NCBI RefSeq assembly: GCF_006345805.1
Contig: NC_043017.1
Span: 22,816,001-22,880,000 of the forward strand
Reading direction: 5' to 3'
Length of the DNA: 64,000 nucleotides
Source: Octopus sinensis
Taxonomy: Eukaryota
Of the stretch, positions 50,382 through 61,839 are shown in pieces. A program made the position numbers and the translations under genes. The notes beneath the pieces were generated by a model. That model searched no databases, was not told the origin of the DNA, and was given only the letters and a program-made list of their open reading frames with translations. The number at the start of each line of letters is the position of its first letter. The stretch's first letter is position 1.

Positions 50382-50837
50382 TATAGATATAGATATATAT
50401 AGATATAGAGATATATATATAGATATATATATATAGATATATATATATATAGATTATTATAGATATATATAGATAGATATATATATATAGATATATATAG
50501 ATATAGATATATAAATATATATATTTAAATATAGACATGTAGATAGATAGGTAGATAGATCTACAGCCACAATAATGGTTATGTGATTTGATTAAGAAGT
50601 TTGCTTCCGATCGTATGATTTTTGGTTCATTCCCATTGCATGGTATTTGGACCAAGTGTCTTCTAGTATAGCACTGAGTTAACTAACAGCTTGTAAGAGA
50701 TCTGAGTGATAGAAACTGAAAGAAGCATGTGTGTGTGTTCATGTGCATGCTTATGTGCACCTGCTCATGTATATATCTGTAGGTTTACATTTGCACTTCT
50801 CTGAAAGTTGTGGGCTACGAGTGATAATATTGTTGTC

Positions 50838-51066
50838 GGGTGGCTGGCAGAACCGTTAGCACGCCGGGCGAAACGCGTAGCTGTATTTCGTCTGCCGCTA
50901 CGTTCTGAGTTCAAATTCCGCCGAGGTCGACTTTGCCTTTCATCCTTTCTGGGTCGATTAAATAAGTACCAGTTACGCACTGGGGTCGATGTAATCGACT
51001 TAATCCGTTTGTCTGTCCTTGTTTGTCCCCTCTGTGTTTAGCCCCTTGTGGGTTGTAAAGAAACAG
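50838..51066 (+). mobile_element. Full-length family B SINE, young
   Basis: CpGs retained; GCTGGCAGAACCGTTAGCACGCCGGGCG..GAGTTCAAATTCC..GCCCCTTGTGGGTTGTAAAGAAA. Confidence 0.9.
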
Positions 51067-51681
51067 ATAATATTGTTGTCATTTCTCCTCCTATCAGCAA
51101 ACTGTCTGTTAATTTGGCATTTTTCAAGAGATCCCTTACTTGAAAAAAAGAGAAAGTTTAGTGACAGAAAGGGCGTCCGACTATAAAACAATGCCATACT
51201 AATTCAATCATCTAACCCATGCCAGCATGGAAAAACTGATATAAAGTTAAAAAATGTAATGTATGTCATTATCATCATTTAACATCCATTCCTGCATGTT
51301 GGCATGGCTGGACAGTTTGATAGAATCAGATAAGTCCAAAGACTGCATCATGTTCCACTGTCTGTTTTGGATGTCATTCCTAGTGCCAACTACTTTACTT
51401 CAGCAACATGTACAGGGTGCCTTTTTCCATGCCACCAGAACTGGTGAGGTTGTCATGCAGTTCACTAGACTATGAAACCCAATGATGAGGGTTAGAGTAT
51501 GAGAGGTAAGGAAAAAGCGGGTTCTTGTAGGGGAATTACATGGCTGCTTGCATTTAGAAGAGAGGGCGAGAATGATCAGTACCAACGGTGGGCAAAAGTC
51601 AGTGGGGACAAAGGTACTAGGAGTGTGGATGGGGGAGCAAGAGATGAAAGAAAGGGAGATATATATGTGTATGTGTATATA

Positions 51682-51734
<53 letters not shown>

Positions 51735-51905
51735 TATATGAGAGAGAGAGAGACCTTTGACAATATACCATGCTTGAGAAGACCTGTCAAGCCAAATGGG
51801 ATCATAGTTGTGGCCATTACTGGTGTTTCATAACTGGCATCCGTGCTGGTGGCATGTAAAATGCACCCACTACATTCTTGGAGTGGTTGGTATTAGGAAG
51901 GGCAT

Positions 51906-52136
51906 GAGGGCGGTGAGCTGGCAAAAACGTTAGCACGTCGGGCGAAATGCGTAGCCGTATTTCGTCTGCCATTACGCTGTGAGTTCAAATTCCGCCTAGG
52001 TCGACTTTGCCTTTCCTTTTGGGGTCGATTAAATAAGTACCAGTTATGCACTGGGGTCGATGTAATCGACTTAATACCTATGTCTGTCCTTGTTTGTCCC
52101 CTCTGTGTTTAGCACCTTGTGGGTAATAAAGAAATA
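51906..52136 (+). mobile_element. Family B SINE with 17-bp TSD inside an RTE tail
   Basis: GGTATTAGGAAGGGCAT (51889-51905) duplicated as GGTATTAGGAAGAGCAT (52137-52153). Confidence 0.9.
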
Positions 52137-52374
52137 GGTATTAGGAAGAGCATCCGGCTGTAAAACCCATGCCAAATCAGAGTGGAACCTGGAGCAGCTG
52201 CCCAACTTACAAGTTTTTAGTCAAACCATCCAACCCATCCAGTCCAATTGCATGAAGCAATTCTAGAAGACTCTTGCTGAAACTGATTTATTTATTCCCA
52301 ATCCTTTTCTTCTATTTCAACTGCTAGTTATAATTTCTATGAAGAGATCATTTTGCAAGCTAATATCTCAAAAT

Positions 52375-52810
52375 ATTGCTTTCAAATTTTGACACAAGGC
52401 CAGCAAATTTCAGGGAGATACAAGTTTATTATATCGACCCCAGTGATCCACTAGTGCTTATTTTATTGACCCCCAAAAGGATGAAAGGCACAGCTGACCT
52501 TGGCAGAATTTGACAGATGAAATGCTACTTAGCATTTCGTCTGGTGTGCTAACGACTCTGGCAGCTCGCCACCCTAATATCTCAAAATATTGATTTCAAA
52601 CTGGCACAATGCCAGCAAGTTTGGGGGGAGGTGGTAAGTTGATTGCAGCAACCTCAGTGTTCAACTGGTAATTACTTTATCGACCTCGGAAGGACAACAA
52701 GCAAAGTCAGCCTCACCTTGACAGAATTTGGGCTCATGACATAAAGACAGACAAAATGCCGCTAAGCACTTTGTCCCTTGTGCCAATGACTTTGGCAGTT
52801 CGCCACCTTA
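52375..52810 (-). mobile_element. Two tandem diverged family B SINEs
   Basis: Two successive reverse-complement copies each ending at GCAGCTCGCCACC / GGCAGTTCGCCACC head. Confidence 0.75.
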
Positions 52811-53059
52811 ACCCTTTGGAAACAGTGCCTCATTTGGAGTTTCAGTACCAAAAAGATGGAGCCCTTTTCACAAGCCCTATACAGAGGGCATGCACTTATT
52901 TTTCAAAAACAAAAATTTATAAAAACTAAAGTAATTACCTTACATATATAAAACTATATACATTCTTGTAGGAAATGAACTAAGACAATCTTCTTTGTCA
53001 TTTAACTTTTTGGCTGAGAGATCAGCCCTGTCATCTCCTAATATATATATATATATATA

Positions 53060-53260
53060 GTTAATCCAAACAAAAAAACACAACAACGCAAGGATGTGGA
53101 ACGAATATAGTATTACTGGCCGCTCAGGAAAGGAGGGTTTAACGTTTCGAGCGGAGCTCTTCGTCGGAAACATAGAAGGAAAGATCCAGAGAAGGGAAGA
53201 TGGAGGGAAAAACATCGCCAACGGTACACACGAGGTCACATTTTGAAAGACCGGAAGATA
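53060..53260 (-). mobile_element. Penelope-type short element carrying a hammerhead
   Basis: CpG-intact block between (TA)n tracts, containing the hammerhead at 53137-53171. Confidence 0.65.
53137..53171 (-). ncRNA. Ultra-minimal type I hammerhead ribozyme (dimer type)
   Basis: GUUU-CCGACGA-A-GAGC(UCC)GCUC-GAAA-CGUU-AAAC: stem I GUUU/AAAC, stem II GAGC/GCUC, palindromic AACGUU instead of helix III; U4C core variant. Confidence 0.7.
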
Positions 53261-53266
53261 TATATA

Positions 53267-53307
<41 letters not shown>

Positions 53308-53324
53308 TATATATATGTAAAAGT

Positions 53325-53848
53325 GCTCGTACCAGTGTCACATAAAAGTGCCCATGTTGGTGCCATGTAAAGACACCCGGTACACTGAGTAAAGTTGTTG
53401 GCATTAGGAAGGGCATCCAGATGTAGGGACCACACCAAAACAGACAAATGGAGCCCAGGCAGCTCTCCGGCCAGCCAGTTCCTGTCAAACCACCAATCCA
53501 TGCCAGCATGGAGAATGGTCGTTAAATGATGATGATAATGATATATATTTTATCATCATCATTTAACGTCTGCCTTCCATGCTTGCATGGGTGGGACAGT
53601 TTGATGGGAGCCAGCCAGGCAGAAGTCTGTACCAGACTTCTGTAACTGTTTTGGCAGGATTTTTACAGCTGGATGCCCTTCCTAACACCAACCACTCAGC
53701 ACAGTGGACTTGGTGCTTTTTACCTGGCACAAATACAAGCGAGGTTTTTACAGGTGGATGCCCTTCCAAATGCCAACCACTTTACTGTGTGGACTGGGTG
53801 CTTTTAAGTGGCACCTGCACTGACAGGGTCACCAAATACTTGCAAGAC

Positions 53849-53850
<2 letters not shown>
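53325..53850. mobile_element. Tail-to-tail pair of RTE 3' tails
   Basis: Plus copy 53325-53535 ends TTAAATGATGATGAT; minus copy 53555-53850 begins ATCATCATCATTTAACG. Confidence 0.8.
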
Positions 53851-53877
<27 letters not shown>

Positions 53878-53879
<2 letters not shown>

Positions 53880-54080
53880 GGGTATGCTGAAAAGTTCCTG
53901 GCTTTAAGGGTATTGTGAAAGGCTTGGTTAGAAGCACAACCTTCTGAATTCTTTTACAGGGCTTAAAAAAGCTGAAGAACTGCTACATAATCTGTGAGAG
54001 GAATATGCTACATAAAATCATAATCAATTGATCCTCCTCTATTTTCTTTTACCCAAAGCCAGGAATTTTTCAGTGCCCCC
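53878..54080. mobile_element. mariner-like MITE
   Basis: AGGGTATGCTGAAAAGTTCCTGGCTTT ... AAAGCCAGGAATTTTTCAGTGCCCC inverted ends resemble mariner TIRs. Confidence 0.7.
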
Positions 54081-54762
54081 CCCCCACCTTCATATATCCA
54101 TCCAACCCATGCCAGCATGGAAAATGGATGTTAAATGAGAATCATGTGGATATTACTCTAGTGGGTTGACATTAATGTTTAGCATGGCATGAAATTACAA
54201 TTACATGTGTATGATATTTGTATAATCATACTTATATACAAATATACATGTGTACACAAACACATACACACAGTTATCATTCATTATCATTTTTACATGC
54301 CTTATTTATGATCTTGCCTTTTTTTTTAATGCTTAGTGATTGATATTAAGTAAAGACATTTGTTTGTTAAATTACTCTGACAATTGATGCAAATAATATG
54401 CAGAGCAATCCACTGACAAATGTTTAAAACAGATGTGAAGCCGATTTAGATTTGGTTTATGCCATTTTAATCTCTCCTCCCCTTCCTCCACCTCCTCCCG
54501 CCACTTTGCCCCCCCTCCCCCCGCCCCCCCTCCTTGCCTCCTATGTCTTTCGCGTTCGCTTTGTTCTTGCTTTCTTTCTCAACTTTGGTTGGATTCCCAA
54601 TGTCTGTCTCCCCTCATCCTTCATGTTTTGTCTTTGTTTCAGTGTAAAGAAATGGTTTAACTGTTTCTTGTCTGAAAGGTTGCCAAATAACCACTTGTGT
54701 TTTCGTTCACACCTTGTATGATCCACGATGAGAGAAGTGTATGCTTGTGTGTGTGTGTGTAT

Positions 54763-54814
<52 letters not shown>

Positions 54815-54857
54815 CTGTGTGTATCTGTGTGTATGTATGTATGTGTATATATATATA

Positions 54858-55137
54858 TCTTTACATATAAAAGTGAAGTTGTGTGTCTGTCTCCTACGAT
54901 TTAGATTCCTAACTACTCCCACATTTTTGCGGTGCAGTTTAACCAAAACCGGGTATCTTATAGTCGTGATTCATATCGAGCCCTTCTACGATGAGTCTAC
55001 GATTTAAAAAAAAATTTACCATAATTTTTTTTCCATTTTTAATGCATTTTTTTGCTATTTTTTGGCTATAACTCTCTAAAAATGCTTATATAGTTATTTC
55101 CCTTACAAACCCGAGCAACGCCAGGTGATACTGTTAG
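54858..55137 (+). mobile_element. Non-autonomous Helitron-like element, short variant
   Basis: 5' TC, 3' TTAG (CTAG decayed), CCCGAGCAACGCCAGG hairpin; colinear with 7934-8446 except for the central block. Confidence 0.75.
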
Positions 55138-55247
55138 TATATATATAAATACAGTGTACATTTATATGAATAATATATAGTCTGTTGACTAAATTTTTAC
55201 ATGCTAGGCCACTGGTAGTAGAAATTTCTAATATTTCTCATTACCCA

Positions 55248-55284
<37 letters not shown>

Positions 55285-55769
55285 TATATATATATGCTAA
55301 GATCAAAGTGTAGAACACGTATGTGTGGGGGGAGTGTTACAAGTGTACATGGGACACAATTGCAGTGAGCACACCCTACTTCAGTCAACAAGCTGCTGCC
55401 ATTGAATCTATTCTCCAAGTTGGGATTTCCAAATTTTTTATAAGATACTGAGTTTGAGTTTTACTCAAATATCACATCATTATCTTATCTGTCTTGATTT
55501 TCTCCTCTCCATCTCACTCTCTTTCTCTGTCTTTCACTGTCACAGTTTCTCATTCCGTCCGACTTACACATTCACATATGTACCCCCTGTTTCTTTACAT
55601 GCTCACACCTGTCTTTTTTTGTTTTTTTACCATTCTTCTTATCCCAACCTTTTTTTACAGGTATAGGATGATAGTACTGTTTTCCAGATTTTAAATATGA
55701 TTTCCATTCAAGTTTTTTTTTTCTTCAAATGGTTTAGTCAAGAGTATTGAGCATGTTTTTGATCTTTGC

Positions 55770-56135
55770 AGGGCCACCTTGCAGAAGAAAAATGGAACAA
55801 GCTCCAATTAAATATTGCTTGGTTCTTAAATAAACAAGAAGTTAAAAAAATTCACTGCCAAAATTCGACAGCACACGAGAGTCAACAACATAAGAGCCAT
55901 CAAGGAAAACAAATATAGATGGGCTGGTCACATCGCACAACTGAAGGACAACAGATGGACAATCAACAGGGTGACAGTGGACACCAAAACAGTGGACAAG
56001 ATCAAGAGGCTGACCAAAGACATGGGAGTGAAATGATTTCACTCGCTACTTGAGGCCTACACAGCCAAGATTTGTCAATGACAGACAGTGTGTGGAAGGA
56101 GTCAAGGGAGGGGTTCTTCCTCCGGAAGTGATGAA
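55770..56135 (+). mobile_element. Degenerate RTE-clade LINE 3' end
   Basis: QRKME..NNIRAIKENKYRWAGHIAQLKDNRWT..TPKQWTRSRG*PKT. Confidence 0.75.
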
Positions 56136-56349
56136 GCCCTCTGTTGAGATTGAGGTTGGTTCTTAAACTGAAAGTAATGTGACGATATGTTTGAGGAGAG
56201 AGAGGGAGAGGGTTGGTGGATGGGTCGGTGGAAGAGAACCTGGCTCATGGCTTGCAAATAGTGGAAAGCAAGCAGCATATTATGATATCAAGATACTGAA
56301 TTATCTTTGGATTAGGGACGTATTCTGAATGTTTATAACTAAACTAATC

Positions 56350-56841
56350 TATATAATGTGATAATCAAATTCTTGATTGGGAAGCCTCCAGACCCAAACA
56401 CGTCCACTGTCTGAAAAATGAACTGGATTTTTGTGACATCTCCCTAGCCCATTTCTTTCTATTCGTGATATTAATTGGTTGAAGGAGAGGTTTTCTTCTA
56501 GCTGCTCATCCATAATACCCAAGCTTATGCAAATATGTAACACATGTTCTTGGACTAACTTCTAGCTGTTTTGCAATGTCAGAAGCCTTTGAATGGGGTT
56601 CATTTTCCACAATTCTCTTCAAACAGTGAAGTTTCCTTTCCAAGGGCACAGGTCGGCTGGGACGAGAATCTGTTGATTCTTTTCCTTGGGTTTTGAATTG
56701 CACTATAATTCTATTAACAGTAGCAAGAAGAATTTGAAGATTTTCGGCAATTTTTTGCTGGCTAAGACCAGCCGCAGATTGCCCAACAACATCACCTCTT
56801 TGAAAATCTGATACTTCTGCTGAATTTTTTGTGCATGGCAT
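56350..56841 (-). pseudogene. Tc1-family transposase fragment (HTH domains to just past the first catalytic motif)
   Basis: MPCTKNSAEVSDFQRGDVVGQSAAGLSQQKIAENL..SRPSRP..LHKLGYYG*AARRKPLL..RKKWAREM then frameshifted FSDSGRVWVWR. Confidence 0.85.
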
Positions 56842-57055
56842 GGTTACTCTTTGCAAATGTTTTATATAATGGCACCTGGAATGAAAAAGAAGAATTACAT
56901 TATAAATTCTACACCGCTGAAAACATATTAAGACATTTAGATCAGAAATTTTGAAAATTAAAGCTATCTATTTACTTCCTTCTTGTCTGTGTGTGTGTAT
57001 GTATATATTGATAAAAATAGCAAGACAACAAAAGAAAGAAAAAGACCTTGAATCT

Positions 57056-57310
57056 GCAAATGTAATATGTGACAATTATTCAGTAGTCATGATAAAACTC
57101 CACGTTTCAGATGCCGAGGTGGAAATCCACACCACCATCTCTTCAGTTATCCGGCCATAGCAAAAATGCTATGAAAAATGACCTCATTTTTCAAAGCAAT
57201 TTTCCTATGGTTGGATAACTGAAGAGATGACGGTGTGGATTTCCACCTCGGCATCTGAAACTTGGAGTTTTATCATGGCTACCGAATAATTGTCACATAT
57301 TACACTTTGC
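57056..57310. mobile_element. Foldback MITE with ~100-bp inverted arms
   Basis: 57056-57160 and 57207-57310 are near-perfect reverse complements (TGTAATATGTGACAATTATTC..GAATAATTGTCACATATTACA). Confidence 0.85.
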
Positions 57311-57311
57311 C

Positions 57312-57630
57312 AGAGCAGCCAACTGGCTTCCATGCCAGTGGCATGTAAAAGGACACCATTCAAGCCTGATCGTTACCAAAGCGCCTTACTGGCACCTGTG
57401 CTGGTGGCATGTGTAAAAGGATTCGAGCGAGGTCATTGCCAGTACCGCCTGACTGGCACGTAAAAAGCACCCACTACACTCTCGGAGTGGTTGGTGTTAA
57501 GAAAGGCATCCTGCTGTAGAAACTCTGCCAAATCAAGATTGGAGCCTGGTGAAACCATCTTGTTCGCCAGCCCTCAGTCAAAATCGTCCAACCCATGCTA
57601 GCATGGAAAGCGGACATTAAACGATGATGA

Positions 57631-57677
<47 letters not shown>

Positions 57678-58165
57678 TACACAAACACACGCACAGATTC
57701 ATACATAATATGATAGGCTTATTTCAGTTTCCATCCACCAAATCCACTTATAAGGATTTGATCAGTCTGAGGCCATAGTATAAGACATTTTCCCAAGGTG
57801 TCACACAGTGGGACTGAACCTGGCATTATGTGGTTGGGAAGCAAACTTCTTACCACACAGATACACCTACACCAACTTATATACACATGCCAGCGCCGCC
57901 TTGACTGGCTTCCGTGCCAGTGGCACGTAAAAAGCACCAATCCGATCGTGGCCATTGCCAGCCTCGCCTGGCACCTGTGCCGGTGGCACGTAAAAAGCAC
58001 CCACTACACTCACGGAGTGGTTGGCGTTAGGAAAGGCATCCAGCTGTAGAAACACTGCCAGATCAGATTGGAGCCTGGTGCAGCCTTCTGGCTTCCCAGA
58101 TCCCCGGTCGAACCGTCCAACCCATGCTAGCATGGAGAACAGACGTTAAACGATGATGATGATGC
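57312..58165. mobile_element. Two RTE 3' tails (+) flanking a partial family A SINE (-)
   Basis: 57312-57630 and 57890-58165 both end CCAACCCATGCTAGCATGGA..GTTAAACGATGATG; SINE head in reverse at 57715-57865. Confidence 0.85.
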
Positions 58166-58529
58166 ATACAAAGAGAGAGAGAGGCGAGGGTAAGACTGAG
58201 AAAATAATTTGATCATGGAGCTCAAAGCCAGCTAGAAATTACTATGTAATACTTTTCTGGTTTACTACAGTACGATTGAATCCTTTTACATAAGAATGGA
58301 TGAATTTGTGATTTGCGGGGATTATTAGAATACCGTTTTAACCCCAGGTTCCACCACTTCTGTTACGGCTTACAAGACACACCAGTTACAAAATTAAATT
58401 ATATCTTACCAGTCTATAATGTTATACATACATTTGTATTTTCAATTACAAGAATTTGCTTTTCTTTAATGTATGATTATTTCTTAAATATACTGATATA
58501 GACTTCCGCCAACATATACACACCAATAT

Positions 58530-58547
58530 TCATAAAAATAGACATAT

Positions 58548-58589
<42 letters not shown>

Positions 58590-58807
58590 TGTATGTATTT
58601 TTTTTATATGTATGTATTTTTTTATATACATGTATGTATTTGTTTATATACATACATACATGCATGTATATAAATATATAACACAAAAGTATATGTGCAT
58701 ATATGTTTATATATGTGTGTATACATATATGTATGTGTGAATATTATATGTGTATATATACATATATACACACACGCACACACACATATATATTCACACA
58801 TACATAA

Positions 58808-58839
<32 letters not shown>

Positions 58840-58854
58840 CACACATGTATATTA

Positions 58855-58900
<46 letters not shown>

Positions 58901-58966
58901 GTATATTAACACATACATATATATATATATATATATAAAAATATACATACATACATACATACATAT

Positions 58967-59010
<44 letters not shown>

Positions 59011-59080
59011 TTCACACATACATTTATATGTACATACATGTATGTATGTATATTTGTATGTATAGACACTCTGATACTAT
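58530..59080. repeat. (TA)n/(TACA)n compound microsatellite
   Basis: Directly visible. Confidence 0.95.
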
Positions 59081-59150
59081 ATTTGTCTTCATATTAATAA
59101 AAATTATAAATTAAATACTACTTTCATTTATTAAAATCTTCAGTATGAAT

Positions 59151-59181
<31 letters not shown>

Positions 59182-59399
59182 GATTCATACTTGTGTGTTT
59201 CTCCATATGTATGTGTCCGTATGTACACACACACACACATGTTCATCAGAAATCAACCTCAGGAGTTCTTCAGGTCAATGTTCTTACCATAATTTTTGGT
59301 AAAACATCAATTCTGTTGTATCACTATGATTGAGATAGAAGAAGCCTCATCACATTATTTCTTCTTAAATCTGGGGATTAGTTAGCAGTTTAAACATGT

Positions 59400-59402
59400 C
59401 TG

Positions 59403-59438
<36 letters not shown>

Positions 59439-59825
59439 AGGTAAGACAGATAGAAAGAAAAGTAATGAGCAGAGGAAGGTAGAAAGAGAGAAAGAAAGGA
59501 AGTTAGAGAAGGAGCAAGTGAGAAAGAAAGAAAGGAAGTTAGAGAAGGAGAAAGGGAGAAAGAAAGAAAGTAATGAACAGATGAAGGTAGAAAGAGAGAA
59601 AGAAAGGGAGTTAGAGAAGGAGAAAGTGAGAAAGAAAACAGAAGGAAGGAAAAGCAGGAAAGTGAAAGTGAGTGAGGAAAGAGGAAGGAGAGAGAAGAAA
59701 CGAAGGAAGAAAAGGAGAGAGAGAAAGAAAGGAGGAAGAGAGAGAGAGAGAGAGAGAGAAAGAATGGAGAGGGGTGATAAGAACAAAAAGAGAGGGGTGA
59801 GTAAAAGAAAGAAAGAATGAAGAAT
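59400..59825. repeat. Homopurine (AG/AAAG) tract with internal ~110-bp duplication
   Basis: AAGAAAGTAATGA(G/A)CAGA(G/T)GAAGGTAGAAAGAGAGAAAGAAAGG(A/G)AGTTAGAGAAGGAG occurs twice. Confidence 0.85.
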
Positions 59826-59830
59826 GATAC

Positions 59831-59938
59831 CTGTTCTTGAATGTGAAAAGAGTTCATGGAAAACATTTTGTTGTTGCTGTTGTTGTTGTTGTTCTGTTGA
59901 GCAAAAAGACTGAGAGTCAGTGTTTGGCCATTTGCCAT
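59831..59938 (-). CDS. Candidate coding exon MANGQTLTLSLFAQQNNNNNSNNKMFSMNSFHIQEQ, unknown protein
   Basis: 108 nt, AAGATGG start context (also usable as a TTTTTAAG acceptor), CAG|GTATCA donor in phase 0, unique sequence. Confidence 0.4.
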
Positions 59939-60024
59939 CTTAAAAATGTGTCACTTTAACATTTATTTCTTGCTGATGTATCAAGCAGTGTCTTCTTTAA
60001 TTAGGTCCGTTATTTCCTGCAGAT

Positions 60025-60725
60025 GTGAAAGCACGTTACTAAGCGGTTAAGGTATTTGGCTCACGATCCTGAGGTCACGAGTTCAAGCCTCGGTTGGCAC
60101 ATTATGTCATTGAGCAATAGACTCTTCATCTGATGTTACTCCAGTCCACTCGGCCCACAAAAATGAATTGTACCCGAAATTCAAAGGGCCAGCCTTGTCA
60201 CATCTTGTGTCATGCTGAATCTCCTTGATGTTAAGTTAATTTTTTGGCTCAAAAAGCGAAAAGCAAGGCCATGTAGGGGGACATGGAGTTATGTACAGGG
60301 AGGGTGTTCATGCCATTTCTGGTCAAGAGAGACTTTGAAACGAGCAGTCGTCGGCATCTTCACTATCTCGTCCAGCAGCTTATTCCACGGATCCGCAACC
60401 CGGACGGAGAAAGCTCCTCTCCTTCGATTGAGATGAAATCGTCGCAGATAGAGCTTTTCGGAGTGACCCTGCAGCTAACGCTCTGGAGCAGGAGTGAAGA
60501 ACAGCTCTTTCGAGAGGTTACACTTTCCGCTTATGATGTTGTGAGCAAGAATGAGATCACCATGGCGGCTGCGTTTTTCTAGAGAATTAAGGTCGAGCAT
60601 CTTCAGCCTCAGATGTGACTGTATATTTGTGGATAACAGAAAGAAAGAGGGGAACAGTACTAAAGCATTAAGAGTACACATACCTGTGGAGTGCTGAGCC
60701 ACTCGCACATTAATTTCACGAGCAA
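60025..60725 (+). mobile_element. Family E SINE interrupted by a CR1 3' fragment
   Basis: tRNA head GTGAAAGCACGTTACTAAGCGGTTAAGG..GAGTTCAAGCC; body resumes after 60625. Confidence 0.65.
60231..60620 (-). mobile_element. CR1-group LINE 3' end
   Basis: LRLKMLDLNSLEKRSRHGDLILAHNIISG..KLYLRRFHLNRRRGAFSVRIADPWNKLLDEIVKMPTTARFKVSLDQKW; AACTT tail. Confidence 0.9.
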
Positions 60726-61260
60726 CCCCGAAAGGATGAAAGGCAAAGTTGACCTTAGTGGAATTTGAACTCAGACAAGACGGCAGACGAAATACCGCTA
60801 AGCATTTTCCCAGCATGCTTATCTCTTTACTGCCCACAAAGGGCTATACACAGAAGGGACAAACAAGGACAGACAATGGATTAAGTCAATTATATCGACC
60901 CCAGTGCATAACTGGTACTTATTTACTCAACCCCTTAAAGTCGACCTTGGCAGAATTTGAAATCAGAATGTAGTGGCAGACGAAATACCGCTAAGCATTT
61001 CGCCCAGCATGCTAATGTTTCTGCCAGCTTGCCACCTTTCAGTTTCTGTCTACCATATCCACTTACAAGGCTTTGGTTGGCCAGAGGCAATAGCAGAAGA
61101 TGTTTGCCTAAGGTGCCACACAGAGGTTGGGAAGAAGCAAGCTGTTCCATTGATCGAATCAACTAGAACACTTGCCATAAGCAACATAGTGCCAATCCCT
61201 CTATTTCCTGCCAGACTGATTAGTCTCTAATCACGACTATTGTCTTTCTAAATCCCCACA

Positions 61261-61640
61261 TTACTCTCTTGTTTCAGTCATTTGACTGTGGCCATGCTGG
61301 AGCACCGCCTTTAATCGAGCAACTCGACCCCAGGACTTATTCTTTTGTAAGCCTAGTACTTATTCTATCGGTCTCTTTTGACGAACCGCTAAGTAACGGG
61401 GACGTAAACACACCAGCATCGGTTGTCAAGCAATGCTAGGGAGGAACAAACACACACACGCATATATATATATACATATATACGACGGGCTTCTTTCAGT
61501 TTCCGTCTACCAAATCCACTCACAAGGCTTTGGTCGGCCCGAGGCTATAGTAGAAGACACTTGCCCAAGGTGCCACGCAGTGGGACTGAACCCGGAACCA
61601 TGTGGTTGGTAAACAAGCTACTTACCACACAGCCACTCCT
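61261..61640 (-). mobile_element. Full-length family A SINE, young
   Basis: Near-identical reverse complement of 4876-5268. Confidence 0.9.
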
Positions 61641-61722
61641 TTTTTAAATGTAAAAATAAACATAATTTAAAGCAACATTACTTTTCTTTAATTTTTAAAA
61701 TCTTTTCTCCAACAATAAACAG

Positions 61723-61839
61723 GTGAAATGTTGTAAAACTAATATTTGTAACAAATATGGAAACAAGAGTAGCAGCAGTAGCATCAGCAGCAGCAATATT
61801 AGCAGCTGCAATTCTAACACCAAAAGGAATAAACGCAAG
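61723..61839 (+). CDS. Candidate 117-nt symmetric exon VKCCKTNICNKYGNKSSSSSISSSNISSCNSNTKRNKRK
   Basis: Pyrimidine tract + CAG acceptor, AAG|GTACAC donor, only the phase 0 frame is open; CCxxxxCN motif. Confidence 0.25.

Noticed and set aside
59382-59820. ER/K-rich and FLS-rich ORFs
   Set aside because: Translations of the homopurine tract; only the unique 59831-59938 part was kept as an exon candidate.
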